Part shown: piece after piece, positions 63,303 through 64,000 of the stretch
How the letters are laid out: each line of letters opens with the position of its first letter
How positions within the stretch are numbered: the first letter of the stretch is position 1
NCBI RefSeq assembly: GCF_003918875.1
Contig: NW_025767311.1
Coordinates: forward strand, 248,001-312,000
Source of the DNA: Haliotis rubra
Lineage: Eukaryota
Direction: 5' to 3'
Length of the DNA: 64,000 bases
The notes under the pieces: model-generated
Told to the model about the DNA's origin: nothing
What the model saw: only the letters and a program-made list of their open reading frames with translations
The model's database searches: none
Translations under genes and position numbers: made by a program

Positions 63303-63652
63303 CAAAGAACAAAGACCTGACAACAGGCCCGACCACTGACCTGACAACAGACCCGACCACTGACCTGACAACAGACCCGACCACTGACCTGACAACAGAC
63401 CCGACCACAGACCTGGCAACACGCCCGCTATCGACCACGGACCCGACCACGGACCCGACCACTTACCTGACAACAGACCCTACCACTGACCTGACAACAG
63501 ACCCGAACAAAGACCTAACCACTGACCAAACCACAGAACTGATCACCGACCTGACCGGAGACCTGGCAACATACCCGCTATCGACCACAGACCACATGAC
63601 AGACTTGACCACAGATTTGACCACAAACCTGATCACTATACTGGCCACAGAC
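63303..63652. repeat. 12/24-bp minisatellite (ACAGACCCGACCACTGACCTGACA)
   Basis: Directly abuts the TTAGGG tract and degenerates 3'. Confidence 0.88.
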
Positions 63653-64000
63653 CCTCTTAACACCCATCCACAGCCTCGATCAGATCTGCCCATAACACCG
63701 TACTGTCCTGGTATTACTTTATACGTTACAGGGTATTGCTCCGATAACTCGTGCTGAAACCCACACTGAAAATGGCATCACGGACCTCCTGATCCTAAGT
63801 TTATGTCTTGTCCACAATACCAAGGAGGTTAAACCAAGCAGAAATGTCACGTGATGCCTCCACGCCTTGATGTACATAACGAAGATGAAAGTTATTCTCG
63901 TATATGGTGGCATTGCTTCATCACCAGGGCGTGGGCTCGCGTTAAACAAGTAACGACAGTAAGTAAATGTCAAGTATGTAACATTGTACTCCTGTGTAGC

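Noticed and set aside
63053-63757. Mucin-like 234-aa ORF
   Set aside because: Read-through of the TTAGGG tract and a 12/24-bp repeat.

Overview
This is repeat-dense, non-coding-dominated eukaryotic DNA. The SINE families and MITE types point to a mollusc, plausibly an abalone-like gastropod (inference, no database search run). No intact protein-coding gene can be supported: the long ORFs in the track are stop-free minisatellites or decayed transposon frames. The window holds Tc1 (DD34E) transposons in several states of decay, and RTE-X-like, CR1-like and I/Jockey-group LINE relics. It also holds Penelope-like (PLE) relics, at least four SINE-like families, a probable solo LTR and many MITEs with diagnostic TIR/TSD signatures. 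About 16 distinct minisatellite arrays cover roughly a quarter of the window, the largest being a 5.1-kb array of 37-bp units. Most interesting: (i) two short palindromic PLE-derived elements carrying a minimal hammerhead-ribozyme motif with a U3-A8 core variant; (ii) a TSD-bounded SINE-like family that lacks a full tRNA head and starts with a structured leader; (iii) a Tc1 nested in the last codons of a Penelope GIY-YIG gene beside a fold-back duplication; (iv) a minisatellite born from the start codons of a Tc1 transposase. A weak candidate for a decayed single-pass receptor gene lies at about 50.2-51.7 kb.
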